From Verrucomicrobiota bacterium (GTDB lineage Bacteria > Verrucomicrobiota > Verrucomicrobiia > Limisphaerales > CANJSG01), in the NCBI GenBank assembly GCA_038209745.1, contig JBBQXJ010000036.1:1-44249 (forward strand): DNA of 44,249 bases. The letters are read 5' to 3'. Below are positions 1 through 9,056 of the stretch, in pieces. The stretch's first letter is position 1; each line of letters opens with the position of its first letter. The translations under genes were made by a program, and so were the position numbers. The notes beneath the pieces were generated by a model that was given only the letters and a program-made list of their open reading frames with translations, ran no database searches and had not been told where the DNA came from.

Positions 1-100
1 CCGCTCTGCGGAACGTCTCGTCGTAGCGCTTGGTTTGCGGGGCGCGGGCCGGGGGCTTCTCGGCCGCTTTCAGGGCTTCTTTCGGGGCTGGCTTGGTCAT
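1..100 (-). CDS. IS3-family transposase OrfA, N-terminal fragment (partial)
   Basis: ATG at 100 gives MTKPAPKEALKAAEKPPARAPQTKRYDETFRRA. KRYDETFRRA resembles the RYSxEFKxxAV start of the IS3 OrfA HTH. Not in the ORF track. Confidence 0.7.
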   Translation of the reverse strand, partial: MTKPAPKEALKAAEKPPARAPQTKRYDETFRRA

Positions 101-160
101 GGGCTCTTTCAGTTTATTCCCACGCCTCTCCAAGGTGTCCATCAAACCGGGTCAGGCCCA
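1..160 (-). mobile_element. IS3-family insertion sequence, left end (truncated by window edge)
   Basis: Minus strand from 160 reads TGGGCCTGACCCGGTTTGATGGACACC, a 5'-TG IS3-like terminal repeat, followed by an OrfA-like start at 100. Confidence 0.7.
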
Positions 161-280
161 ATCTCCGGAATTTGAATGATAGGGAATGAACGGCGGAGAA
201 GGGCTATCAATCAATGGGAGGGCACCCCTCTTTGTTTCTCTCCCCATCGGATAGGGTGAGGGAGGCGGGCCGTCTGGAAC

Positions 281-333
281 GCGGAGCATTGCTCCACGTG
301 TCGGGTGCAGGACGAAGCGGAGCGATGCTCCGC
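281..333. repeat. Two related short palindromes (REP-like)
   Basis: GCGGAGCATTGCTCCAC at 281-297 and GCGGAGCGATGCTCCGC at 317-333. Confidence 0.45.
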
Positions 334-381
334 GCTCCGGGGTGAAGTCAAACCGGCGGTCGGTCGGGGCGGATGCCGGAT

Positions 382-451
382 GACTGACGACTGACGACTG
401 ACGACTGACGACTGACGACTGACGACTGACGACTGACGACTGACGACTGAC
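382..451. repeat. Perfect heptamer tandem repeat (GACTGAC)x10
   Basis: Ten exact copies counted, intergenic, about 20 bp downstream of the isomerase stop. Confidence 0.97.
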
Positions 452-471
452 GCCGGCTCGGCGGGAGCGCC

Positions 472-1290
472 CTACCTCGGAAACCACTTTTGGAAACTCG
501 CCATCGTCTGTTTCGCCGCCATGTCGCCATCAGGCAGGGGAAGCACTTCGGCGGAGATGTAGCCGGTGTAGCCGATGTCCTTCAACGCGGCGGCGATGGG
601 CGCGAGGTCGAGGTGGCCGAAGCCGATGGCATGGCGGTTGGTGTCGGCGAAGTGGACGTGGCCGAGTCGCGGCGCTACTTGCCGCAGGGCTCCGGCGATG
701 TCGGCCTCCTCGATGTTCATGTGGAAGAGGTCGCAGAGCAGTTTTACGCCGGTGATCTTCCGTTCGTCCAGAAACGCGGCGGCATCGGCGGCACGGTTGA
801 AGAGGTTCGTCTCGTAGCGGTTCAACGGCTCGTAGAGGAACACCTGGCCGTGGGCCGAGGCCCGTTGGCCGAGTTCGGTCAGCGCTTCGGCCAACCAATC
901 CAAAGCCTGCTGGCGGGAGACGGCGCCTTCCCAGCGACCCTGCATGGAGCCGAGGATGGCGGGCGCGCCGACGAAGCCGCCGAGATTGATGATGCCGTGG
1001 ATGAACTCCTTGGCCCGCTGCCGGACGTCGGGATCGGGATCGGTCAGGCGGAGCTTGTGCTTCAGCCAACCGGCGCCGGTGCCGATGGCGGCGACCTTGA
1101 GCTTGTGCTGCTCCATCCGTTCCTGGAGCCGGCTGAGGGGAAGCTCCTTGGACGACGGCGGGAAGACTTCGACGGCGTCAAAGCCGTGCTCCGCGGCCTT
1201 GGCGAATCCGGCATTCAGATCGTCCCAGAAGACGAAGGGGCCGCCCTTGGCTTCAGGCACGAGCGAGACGGTGATGGCGGATTGGATCAT
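472..1290 (-). CDS. Sugar phosphate isomerase/epimerase (xylose isomerase-like TIM barrel)
   Basis: GFDAVE, YEPLNRYE, DLFHMNIEE, HVHFAD and GYISAE metal-binding motifs. Confidence 0.9.
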   Translation of the reverse strand: MIQSAITVSLVPEAKGGPFVFWDDLNAGFAKAAEHGFDAVEVFPPSSKELPLSRLQERMEQHKLKVAAIGTGAGWLKHKLRLTDPDPDVRQRAKEFIHGIINLGGFVGAPAILGSMQGRWEGAVSRQQALDWLAEALTELGQRASAHGQVFLYEPLNRYETNLFNRAADAAAFLDERKITGVKLLCDLFHMNIEEADIAGALRQVAPRLGHVHFADTNRHAIGFGHLDLAPIAAALKDIGYTGYISAEVLPLPDGDMAAKQTMASFQKWFPR

Positions 1291-1310
1291 GGAAAGATTG
1301 GCGGAGGGTG

Positions 1311-1380
1311 AACCGCCGATCTGCGCTGATCGACGCTAATCCCCGATTCTATCAGCGAAGATCAGCGTGGATCAGCGGTT
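1311..1380. repeat. Inverted array of degenerate 10-mers (hairpin element)
   Basis: AACCGCCGAT-CTGCGCTGAT-CGACGCTAAT, a 10-nt spacer, then ATCAGCGAAG-ATCAGCGTGG-ATCAGCGGTT. Confidence 0.8.
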
Positions 1381-1398
1381 CAATCCAGGGTCTGTGGC

Positions 1399-4300
1399 TC
1401 ACTCGAAGGCGTTGACCGGCTTAGCGCCTTTGCCCCACTTCTCCCAACCGGGAATGGGATGTTCCTTCATCATGTCTTCGATGCTGTAGAAGTCGACGCG
1501 GTCCTTGGTCGCGGTGCGAAGCTTGGCGACTTGGTCTTGGCTGATGGCCGGGAGGTCGTTGCCGAAGGACTGGCGCACGTAGGTCAGCACGGCGGCGATT
1601 TCCTCGTCGTTCAGGAAGACGCCGAAGCCGGGCATGGGCGGCACGCCTTTCGACGGATCATAGTGGTTGCCCGCGACTTCGATGGGGCCCCAGAGGCCTT
1701 TCAGGACGAGCTTGATCTGGCGTTCGTCGTTCTGGAACCACGGGTTGTTCTTGGCCACGAGCGGCGGGTAGACGTCCTTCATGCCTTGGCCGTTGGGCTG
1801 GTGGCAGGTGGCGCAATGGGCGTCGCGGTTGAAGACCTCGCGGCCGAGGTTGTAGGCCTTCAGCTGGTCGTCCGCGAGCTGGCGGGTGGGGCCGAAGACC
1901 TGGAGGGCGGCCGGCGGCGGGGCGGAACCGATCGTGTATTTGCCTTCAAGGTAGGCGCGGGCGTTTGGGTTGTCGGCGAGATCGAGCCGTCCACTGGCTT
2001 GGAGGGCGGCGACGTCGTCCTTCAAGGTGTATTCCAGGATCTGCTTGGTCACGGGGCCCATCCAGCGATCGAGCGGATGCTTGAGCGCTTCGAGCACGAT
2101 CCGGGCGCCGTCGGCGTTGTCGAGCCACGAGGCGGCGACGATGGCTTCGAGGCGGACGCGGCCATCGATGTCGTTCGCCGCCCGCATGAACAGCGTGGTG
2201 GCCTCCGGGATCTGGCGGGCGGAGAAGCGCAGGACACCGACGGCGGCTGCGCGGGCCTGATGGGACTTGGCGCCGAGGAGCTGCTTGATCAGGTCGACGT
2301 CGGGGCGGTCCTGCGACCAGGTGGCCCAGAGGGCTTCGCTGAGGTGGTGCTCGTAGCGGGGATCGGACTTGTCGAGCTTGGCGGCCCAGGCTTTGACGGC
2401 GGGGACGACTTCGGCCGCGGGACGTCCACGAAGCTCGCGCCGGGTGCGATAGCGCGAGCGGTATTCGGGCAGCTTTAGATTCTCGAAGAGCTGGGCCAGC
2501 GGCGCGCCGTCGATCTTGGCGGGCGTGACGAGCGGCCGGCTGGGATAGGTGATGCGGTAGATGCGGCCGTGGGTGTGGTCGCGGTTCGGATCGCGCGCGT
2601 TGTGCTGCATGTGGCCGACGAGCGCATTGTGCCAGTCGACGAAATAGAGCGAGCCGTCGGGCGCGAACTCGAGGTCCACGGGGCGGAAGTTCGGATCGCT
2701 GGAGCTGAGGAGATCGCCCGCGAGTTCGCCGGTGAAGCCGGAGCCGTCCTCCTGGACCGAGGAGAAGTTGATGCCGAGGAATCCGATGCTGTTGCAGGTC
2801 ATGTAGCGGCCCTGGACCTCGTCGGGGAAGTGGCGTGAGGAGACGAATTCGGAGCCGGAGGTGGGACGGGATCGTTTGGGGACGAAGAATCCGGCCCGTT
2901 CGATCTCGATGCCGTAGGGCATCTTGGCGGAGACGGGCAGGGCCCAGTAGTTTTCACCGCTCGACGCGTCGGCGATGACGCCCTGTTCCCAGTCGTCGTG
3001 CGCGAAGCCCCAGGGATTGTTCACGTCGGTCTGGGCGAAGCGCTCGAGGCCGAAGTTCTTCGGATCGAAACGCCAGACGCCGCCGTCGTTGCAGCGGCGC
3101 GGTCCGTAGGGGGTTTCCACCTGGCTGTGGAGGAAGCGGCCTTCCGACATGTAGAAGGCGCCCGAGGCGTCGGCCGTGTAGGCGGAGATGGCGTGGTGGG
3201 TGTCATGGGTGTCGAAGCCATGCATCAAGATGTCCATGCGGTCGGCGTGGTCGTCGTGGTTGGTGTCGACGAGGAGGCAGAGGTTCGGCTCCTGCGAGAG
3301 GTAGACGCCTTCCGGGGCGAGCTCGAAGCCGATGGGCAGCTGGAGGCCGCGGGCGAAGATCGTCTGCTTGTCGGCGCGGCCGTCGCCGTCGGTGTCCTCC
3401 AGGATCAGGAGCTTGTCGTCGGGGCGGCTGTCTCCCGGCCGGTAGTGCGGATAGGTCGGCATGACGGCGACCCAGAGACGGCCTTTGTCGTCGAAGGACA
3501 TCTGGACGGGGTTCTTCAGATCGGGGAACTCCTTTTCCGAAGCGAAGAGCGCGACCTTGTAGCCGGGCATCATGGTCATCTTTTCGATGGCCTGTTCGCC
3601 GTCGAGATAGGTGATGGGGCGGTTGAAATTCGTCGGCACCGGAGGCAGCTCGTGGGTCTTCGAATCGTCCACCACGAGATCCTTCTTCAGGCCACGGGCG
3701 ACGTCATGGATCAGGCTGTCGCGGATCGCGGTCATCTCGCGCGTCTTGAGGATCTCGTCGGGGTAGTTCTGCGGGCCGAAGGGGTCGTAGCGTTGGCCGT
3801 GGGTGTGGACGCCGTTCACGAGGTTGTAGTCGTTGTTCCAGCAATAGTCCCTCTCCTTGACCGCGCCGTGCACCAGCTCGGGATCGGCCTTGGACCGGAT
3901 CGCCTGCTTGCCGTAGATCCCGTCGGCCAGCCAGACGGCGATCTGCTGATAGCCCGCTTCCGTGGGGGCGAAGCCATTGATCGTCAGCGGCGCGAGGCCC
4001 TTCTCGGCGTAGCGGGCCTTGGACGGGGTGAACAGGTCGACAAAGGTGACGCCGTTCTGCTTCGCGACCTTGCCGACCGCTTGGGCATAGAGAACGAGGC
4101 TGGCGTTCTCCTTCTTGCCGTCGGGCAGATCGCGCGTGGCCGAGAAGTCCTCGAACGCGAGCGGCGACACCAGCACGAGGCGCGGCGCGGCCTGGCCGTT
4201 GTAGGCCCGGCTCAAGGTGTAGCGGGTGAAGGCGTCGAGCTCGGCCTCGAAGTTGGCGACGCGTTCCGGACCGTCGAACGATTCGTTGTAGCCGAAGAAG

Positions 4301-4746
4301 GCGACGATCGTATCGGCCTGCAAGTGGGTCAGCCACTGGTCGGGCGTGGAGAAGAAGCCCTTGCCGTTGTGCATGGCCAGCTCGGGATGGAACTTCTCGG
4401 CGCCGGGGAAGGCCCACTGCGAAACGCGCGCCGGATGCGGGCGGAATCCCGGGGTGTCTCCGGGACGTCCCATGTTGCGGACCACGAGCACCTGCTCCGG
4501 ATAACGCAGCTGAAGCTCCGTTTCGAGCCGGCTGAAATAGACGTCGCGCTCGGCCAGACCGTTCCCGAGGAAGACGACATGTTCGCCCAGGGCGGGAGGC
4601 GCGATCATCTGGGAACGCGCGGAGGCGGCCACCGGAGGCTCGTTCGTGGGTGCGTGCGGGCGGCGGTTGCCGTCCGCCGCGAAGGACGGCGCGGCTGCGG
4701 CGAGGCTCAGCAGTAGGGTGGCGAGTTTGGGGAAAGGCAGCTTCAT
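1399..4746 (-). CDS. PVC-type heme-binding protein (SGNH-like + beta-propeller dehydrogenase-like + HEAT repeats + cytochrome c)
   Basis: Signal peptide MKLPFPKLATLLLSLAAAAPSFA (start moved to 4746); FFGYNES; LEDTDGDGRAD; FRPVDLEFAPDGSLYFVDWHN; HEAT-like repeats; CATCH heme motif. Confidence 0.85.
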   Translation of the reverse strand: MKLPFPKLATLLLSLAAAAPSFAADGNRRPHAPTNEPPVAASARSQMIAPPALGEHVVFLGNGLAERDVYFSRLETELQLRYPEQVLVVRNMGRPGDTPGFRPHPARVSQWAFPGAEKFHPELAMHNGKGFFSTPDQWLTHLQADTIVAFFGYNESFDGPERVANFEAELDAFTRYTLSRAYNGQAAPRLVLVSPLAFEDFSATRDLPDGKKENASLVLYAQAVGKVAKQNGVTFVDLFTPSKARYAEKGLAPLTINGFAPTEAGYQQIAVWLADGIYGKQAIRSKADPELVHGAVKERDYCWNNDYNLVNGVHTHGQRYDPFGPQNYPDEILKTREMTAIRDSLIHDVARGLKKDLVVDDSKTHELPPVPTNFNRPITYLDGEQAIEKMTMMPGYKVALFASEKEFPDLKNPVQMSFDDKGRLWVAVMPTYPHYRPGDSRPDDKLLILEDTDGDGRADKQTIFARGLQLPIGFELAPEGVYLSQEPNLCLLVDTNHDDHADRMDILMHGFDTHDTHHAISAYTADASGAFYMSEGRFLHSQVETPYGPRRCNDGGVWRFDPKNFGLERFAQTDVNNPWGFAHDDWEQGVIADASSGENYWALPVSAKMPYGIEIERAGFFVPKRSRPTSGSEFVSSRHFPDEVQGRYMTCNSIGFLGINFSSVQEDGSGFTGELAGDLLSSSDPNFRPVDLEFAPDGSLYFVDWHNALVGHMQHNARDPNRDHTHGRIYRITYPSRPLVTPAKIDGAPLAQLFENLKLPEYRSRYRTRRELRGRPAAEVVPAVKAWAAKLDKSDPRYEHHLSEALWATWSQDRPDVDLIKQLLGAKSHQARAAAVGVLRFSARQIPEATTLFMRAANDIDGRVRLEAIVAASWLDNADGARIVLEALKHPLDRWMGPVTKQILEYTLKDDVAALQASGRLDLADNPNARAYLEGKYTIGSAPPPAALQVFGPTRQLADDQLKAYNLGREVFNRDAHCATCHQPNGQGMKDVYPPLVAKNNPWFQNDERQIKLVLKGLWGPIEVAGNHYDPSKGVPPMPGFGVFLNDEEIAAVLTYVRQSFGNDLPAISQDQVAKLRTATKDRVDFYSIEDMMKEHPIPGWEKWGKGAKPVNAFE

Positions 4747-4932
4747 GGGTTGCCGGCGATCAGACCAGCGATCGAAGGCGAAAGGCAAAAGCGAACTGTC
4801 TTTGATTCCGGTCCTTCGCCCGGGCAATTGGTCTTCCCGAATCGAGAGCGGTTGTTACCGTCGGCTCCTCAATCTCCCAGTTCCCGTCCCGGGAAGGTCG
4901 GGCGGCAGCGATCCTTCGAAACAGCAAATGCC

Positions 4933-6426
4933 ATGAGCAGATCCATCAACAAAGCGGGCCGGGTCAAGGCCGCTCTCAAGCGGCTCGGCGTCGGGCTTTT
5001 CGCCGTCGTGGTCCTGATCGGATTGATGGCGCAGGCGTCGGCTGCGGCTGCGAAGCCGACCAAGCCCAACGTGGTCTTCATCCTGGCCGACGATCTGGGC
5101 TGGGCCGACCTTGGTTGCTACGGCAGCACGTTCTATGAAACGCCGAACCTCGATCGGTTGGCGAAGGAAGGCATGAGGTTCACGGACGCCTACGCCGCCT
5201 GCAATGTCTGCTCGCCCACCCGCGCCAGCCTCATGTCCGGCAAGTACCCTGCGCGCCTCCATCTCACCGATTGGTTGAACGGCCGTCCGGATCGTCCCGA
5301 CCAGAAGCTGAACCGTCCGGATTTTCAGAAGTTCCTCCCGCTCGAAGAGGTCACCCTCGCCGAGGCGTTGAAAGACGCCGGCTACCAGACCGCGTTCCTT
5401 GGGAAGTGGCATCTGGGCGAGGACAGCCGCTACTGGCCCGAGCACCAGGGTTTCGACGTGAACATCGGCGGCAGCGGCGCCGGGCATCCTCCGTCCTATT
5501 TCAGCCCCTACGGACTCAAGAACCTGCCTGATGGACCCAAGGGCGAGTTTCTGGACGAACGCCTGACCGACGAAGCATTGAAATTCCTCGACCGTGCGGC
5601 CCGGCAGGACCAGCCGTTCCTGCTCTACTTCTCGCACTACGCCGTCCACACGCCTTTGCAGGCCAGACCGGGTCTCGTCGAGAAATACCGGGCCAAGGCC
5701 GCCAAGCTCGGTCGCTCCGGTCCGGACTTTCTGCCGGACCACGGGCTCCAGGTGAGAGCGGTCCAGAACCACCCCGTCTACGGCGCGATGGTGGAAAGTC
5801 TGGATACGAGCGTGGGCCGCGTGTTGGCCAAGCTGAAGGAGCTGGGATTGGAGTCGAACACCATCGTCGTCTTCACCTCGGACAACGGCGGGCTCTCCAC
5901 CGCCGAGGGCAAGCCGACGTCCAACCTGCCGCTGCGCACGGGCAAAGGCTGGGGCTACGAAGGCGGTGTGCGCGAACCGCTCTTGGTCAAATGGCCCGGG
6001 GTGACCCAGCCCGACAGTGTCAGCCACCAGCCGACGATTTCGCCCGACTTCTATCCGACGATCCTCCAGATGCTCGATCTGCCCCAGCGTCCCCAACAGC
6101 ATCTTGACGGCGTGAGCATCGTGCCTGCGCTCAAGGGCGACCCGCTGCCGGAGCGGCCCCTCTTCTGGCACTACCCGCATTACAGCAACCAGGGCGGCGC
6201 CCCCAACGGCGCGGTCCGTCTGGGGGATTTCAAGCTGATCGAGTGGTATGAGGACATGGGCGTGAGCCTCTTCAATCTGAAGTTCGACATCGGCGAACAA
6301 CACGACCTCGCCGCCGAGAATCCGGCCAAAACCGCCGAGCTGAAGAAGCGCCTGCACGACTGGCGCCAAGAGGTGGAAGCGCAGATGCCGACCCCGAATC
6401 CCAACTACAAGCCCCGGCTCCAATAG
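4933..6426 (+). CDS. Secreted formylglycine-dependent sulfatase
   Basis: PNVVFILADDLG, CSPTRASLMSG (CxPxR), GKWHLG and FTSDNGG motifs; signal peptide follows ATG 4933. Confidence 0.93.
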   Translation: MSRSINKAGRVKAALKRLGVGLFAVVVLIGLMAQASAAAAKPTKPNVVFILADDLGWADLGCYGSTFYETPNLDRLAKEGMRFTDAYAACNVCSPTRASLMSGKYPARLHLTDWLNGRPDRPDQKLNRPDFQKFLPLEEVTLAEALKDAGYQTAFLGKWHLGEDSRYWPEHQGFDVNIGGSGAGHPPSYFSPYGLKNLPDGPKGEFLDERLTDEALKFLDRAARQDQPFLLYFSHYAVHTPLQARPGLVEKYRAKAAKLGRSGPDFLPDHGLQVRAVQNHPVYGAMVESLDTSVGRVLAKLKELGLESNTIVVFTSDNGGLSTAEGKPTSNLPLRTGKGWGYEGGVREPLLVKWPGVTQPDSVSHQPTISPDFYPTILQMLDLPQRPQQHLDGVSIVPALKGDPLPERPLFWHYPHYSNQGGAPNGAVRLGDFKLIEWYEDMGVSLFNLKFDIGEQHDLAAENPAKTAELKKRLHDWRQEVEAQMPTPNPNYKPRLQ

Positions 6427-6438
6427 CCGGCCGGACCC

Positions 6439-6744
6439 GTGAGCGCCTTGCCCAAGTTCCTGACCGAGACGAAGGACGGCCTGCTGGTGAAGCTGAAGGT
6501 CCAGCCGCGTTCGTCGCGCAACAAACTGGGCGACTTGGACGGCGACGAATGGCGCATCTGGGTGACCGCGCCGCCGGTCGACGCGGCCGCGAACCAGGCG
6601 GTGCTGGAGCTGTTGGCCGACGAGCTTAAACTGAGCAAATCCCAGGTCCAACTCGTCCGCGGCGACACCGCTCGGCACAAAGTGGTGCGGATCACCGGGC
6701 TTACCGGGGCGGAACTGGTGAAACGGGCGGGCGGTCTCCTCTAA
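6439..6744 (+). CDS. DUF167 (YggU/UPF0235) family protein
   Basis: VKLKVQPRSS, APPVDAAAN and GDTARHK patterns; GTG start. Confidence 0.88.
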   Translation: MSALPKFLTETKDGLLVKLKVQPRSSRNKLGDLDGDEWRIWVTAPPVDAAANQAVLELLADELKLSKSQVQLVRGDTARHKVVRITGLTGAELVKRAGGLL

Positions 6745-6947
6745 GCAGGAACGATGCAGTCTGGATGGGGGAGCGCGCCCGCCCCGGGCGAAGTGGACCG
6801 CGCCCTCACGGTCCACGGGAGGCGCGGGAAACGATTCATCGCCTGCTTAGTCCGGGCGGCTGCGATCCCATTCGTTTCCAATGCATCGTTCCGGTTAAGG
6901 AAAACAGCCGCCCGGTCGCAAAGTTTCCCCGTTTCAAAGATCAGTAG

Positions 6948-7120
6948 TCAGCAGGCAGTATTTCGGCATCCGTCGGGGATCCGACCGAGGTCGCCCATCG
7001 GACAGCGGCCCGTGCTCCATCGCCAGAGGTCGATGGCCAGTTGGCGGACGAAGGCCACGACGGTCTCCTTCCGCAGGGAACTGCCGTCGGCCCAGCGGGC
7101 GAGCCTTTGGCCCTGCTCCG
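6948..7120 (-). pseudogene. Probable IS110-family transposase C-terminal remnant
   Basis: RKETVVAFVRQLAIDLWRWSTG resembles the K-x-x-VA-x-AR-x-L-x-x-x-LW C-terminal helix of IS110 transposases. No catalytic DEDD domain is visible and the boundaries are approximate. Confidence 0.5.
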
Positions 7121-7442
7121 GTCCCAAGCTCCAACGAGGGCGAACCATACCGGCCCGAGACAACGCCCTGGGTCCACACCCGGTCCGGGAATGGGCTGTG
7201 CTCTGGGCTTGCCTGCGACGCGGGTTGGGGTTGAGATCCTGGGTAATATGCGGGGTTCGAGGATGTATTCTTTGATCGACCAAAGAAGCGGGCTCTCTCC
7301 GGAGCCTTTCCTCAACCCTTCATGGCATCCAACGACGGCGGGCCATGGCGGGCGCAGTCGATGCGCCTCGGGGCCGCCGTCGCTGGGCTTCGGTCGTTAG
7401 GCCACTGACACAATTCTCCGACAACCCACAAACGAGGAAAAT

Positions 7443-7658
7443 ATGCAACCCACGCAACATGCTAAAATCAGCAACTTGTGTTTCGTCCTAGGCTTCGCCT
7501 CCATCGCCGGATCAATCGCGATCTGGTTTCTAACTGGTGGCACCGCACCAGAAGCACAGGCGCACGCGGAGCGTTTCGGTATCTTCGTGGGACTTTGGGC
7601 ACCGACATTCTTCATTCTGTCGAACCGCTTCAGCCGCTACGCGGACAAGAAACCCTGA
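7443..7658 (+). CDS. Small two-TM membrane protein (GIFVGLWAPT type), function unknown
   Basis: 71 aa, GAGG ribosome-binding site upstream, two hydrophobic segments. Confidence 0.8.
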   Translation: MQPTQHAKISNLCFVLGFASIAGSIAIWFLTGGTAPEAQAHAERFGIFVGLWAPTFFILSNRFSRYADKKP

Positions 7659-8107
7659 TTTGCAGGATGGGATGCGCCGGATCTATCCAGCGCCGCTTCA
7701 CCATGGGCTGTAACGAAGGGCGGGGCGCCATCGCGATTGCAATCGGCGGGCATCGTGTCCGCCGTCGCTTAGCTTGGGTCGTTGGGCGGCAAAGCGCGCT
7801 AAGGTGGATTCCGCAAATGGCAGCGTCCTCCTTTTGGTTTCAGGCTATCCGAAGGTGGATGGGTGTGATGTTCCGGGAGGTTGTTCATGGTGAGATTGAG
7901 TCTTGAGGTGGGCTGAACGGAATTGTCGGGGCATTTGTGTTGCACGATGACTGCCTCGATTTCTATTCGTGACATCGGCCTATTTGCGTTGGCGGTGAGC
8001 CTCGGCCTAGCGTGCCGCCCGATCGTGCGCCGCTTCCTGAAGGACGCTGGTAAGGGCGAATCTTCGGTCGCGTCCGAGGGGCCGCCGGTGGGGTCGCACC
8101 ACTGAAC

Positions 8108-8488
8108 ATGCCCATATTCCACGAGGGCCAGCGTTGCACCGCCTGTTGCCGCTGGCCGGAACAGGTGCGTCTGCCGGACGCCGAGATCACGCGCAGGGCC
8201 GCGCATCTCGGGTTGTCGGAGCATGAATTCATCCAGACCCAGACGGGGCTCCGCCCGGACCGGGACGGGTTGGCCCTGCAGGACAAGCCGAACGGCGAAT
8301 GCACTTTTCTCGTGGGTGAGAGCGGCGCGGTGCAACCGGTCAAACCGCAGCAGTGCCGGGATTTCCCGGATCTCTGGAACCTTCCGGGCTTCGAGAAGGT
8401 CTGCCACGCGATCCCGCGGCAGGTGGAAGAGGGGGAATATCGCCGGTTGATTCAGCGGGCGACGGGGCGCAACCTCCCGGCCGTTTGA
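8108..8488 (+). CDS. YkgJ-family (CxxCxxCC) cysteine-cluster protein, variant
   Basis: QRCTACCRWP, ECTFL and KPQQCRDFP motifs; two expected Cys appear to be Gly. Confidence 0.78.
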   Translation: MPIFHEGQRCTACCRWPEQVRLPDAEITRRAAHLGLSEHEFIQTQTGLRPDRDGLALQDKPNGECTFLVGESGAVQPVKPQQCRDFPDLWNLPGFEKVCHAIPRQVEEGEYRRLIQRATGRNLPAV

Positions 8489-8498
8489 ATCCAATTGT

Positions 8499-8996
8499 AT
8501 GAGCCAATCGAAGCCGCAACCCAAGTCGAAGTCCAAGCCGCCCAAGTGGGAGATCCGGGGCTCGAAGATCCAGGGTACGGGGGTGTGGGCGAGCGCGCAG
8601 ATCCGGTCGAAGAGCTACGTCCTCGAATACGTCGGGGAGATGATCGACAAGAAGGAATCGGCCAAACGGTGCGAGGACTCGAACCAATACATCTTCCACG
8701 TCGACGACACGCATGATCTGGATGGTAACGTGGATTGGAATCCGGCCCGTTTCATCAACCATTCCTGCGAGCCGAACTGCGAGGCGGAACAGGACGACGA
8801 CAACCGGATCTGGATCCGGGCGAAGCGGAGGATCCTGGTGGGTGAGGAGCTGACCTTCAACTATGGCTACGACATCGAGGACTACCGGGACCATCCCTGC
8901 GAGTGTGGGTCGGTCCAATGCGTGGGCTACATCGTGGCGGTGGAGCACTTCGAGACGTTGCGGCAGCGGGGCGGGCGGGCTTCGCGGGTGGATTGA
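8499..8996 (+). CDS. SET-domain lysine methyltransferase with post-SET Cys cluster
   Basis: IQGTGV, RFINHSCEPN, GEELTFNYG and CECGSVQC motifs. Confidence 0.92.
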   Translation: MSQSKPQPKSKSKPPKWEIRGSKIQGTGVWASAQIRSKSYVLEYVGEMIDKKESAKRCEDSNQYIFHVDDTHDLDGNVDWNPARFINHSCEPNCEAEQDDDNRIWIRAKRRILVGEELTFNYGYDIEDYRDHPCECGSVQCVGYIVAVEHFETLRQRGGRASRVD

Positions 8997-9056
8997 GCGG
9001 AATCGTGGCGGAAGGGTTGGGCTGGTTGAACGCCCGGCGGCCGGTATCTTGCGAGC

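Noticed and set aside
382..451. CRISPR array
   Set aside because: 7-bp units with no spacers, and no cas genes in the window.
152..530. ORFs with SRQSSVV repeats
   Set aside because: Translation of the heptamer repeat; no evidence of coding.
1399..4746. Multi-domain heme-c fusion as a novelty
   Set aside because: A common, expanded architecture in PVC genomes.
7660..8105. Possible IS end (GGTGGATTCCGCAAAT) and short ORFs
   Set aside because: No matching second repeat or transposase fragment could be identified.
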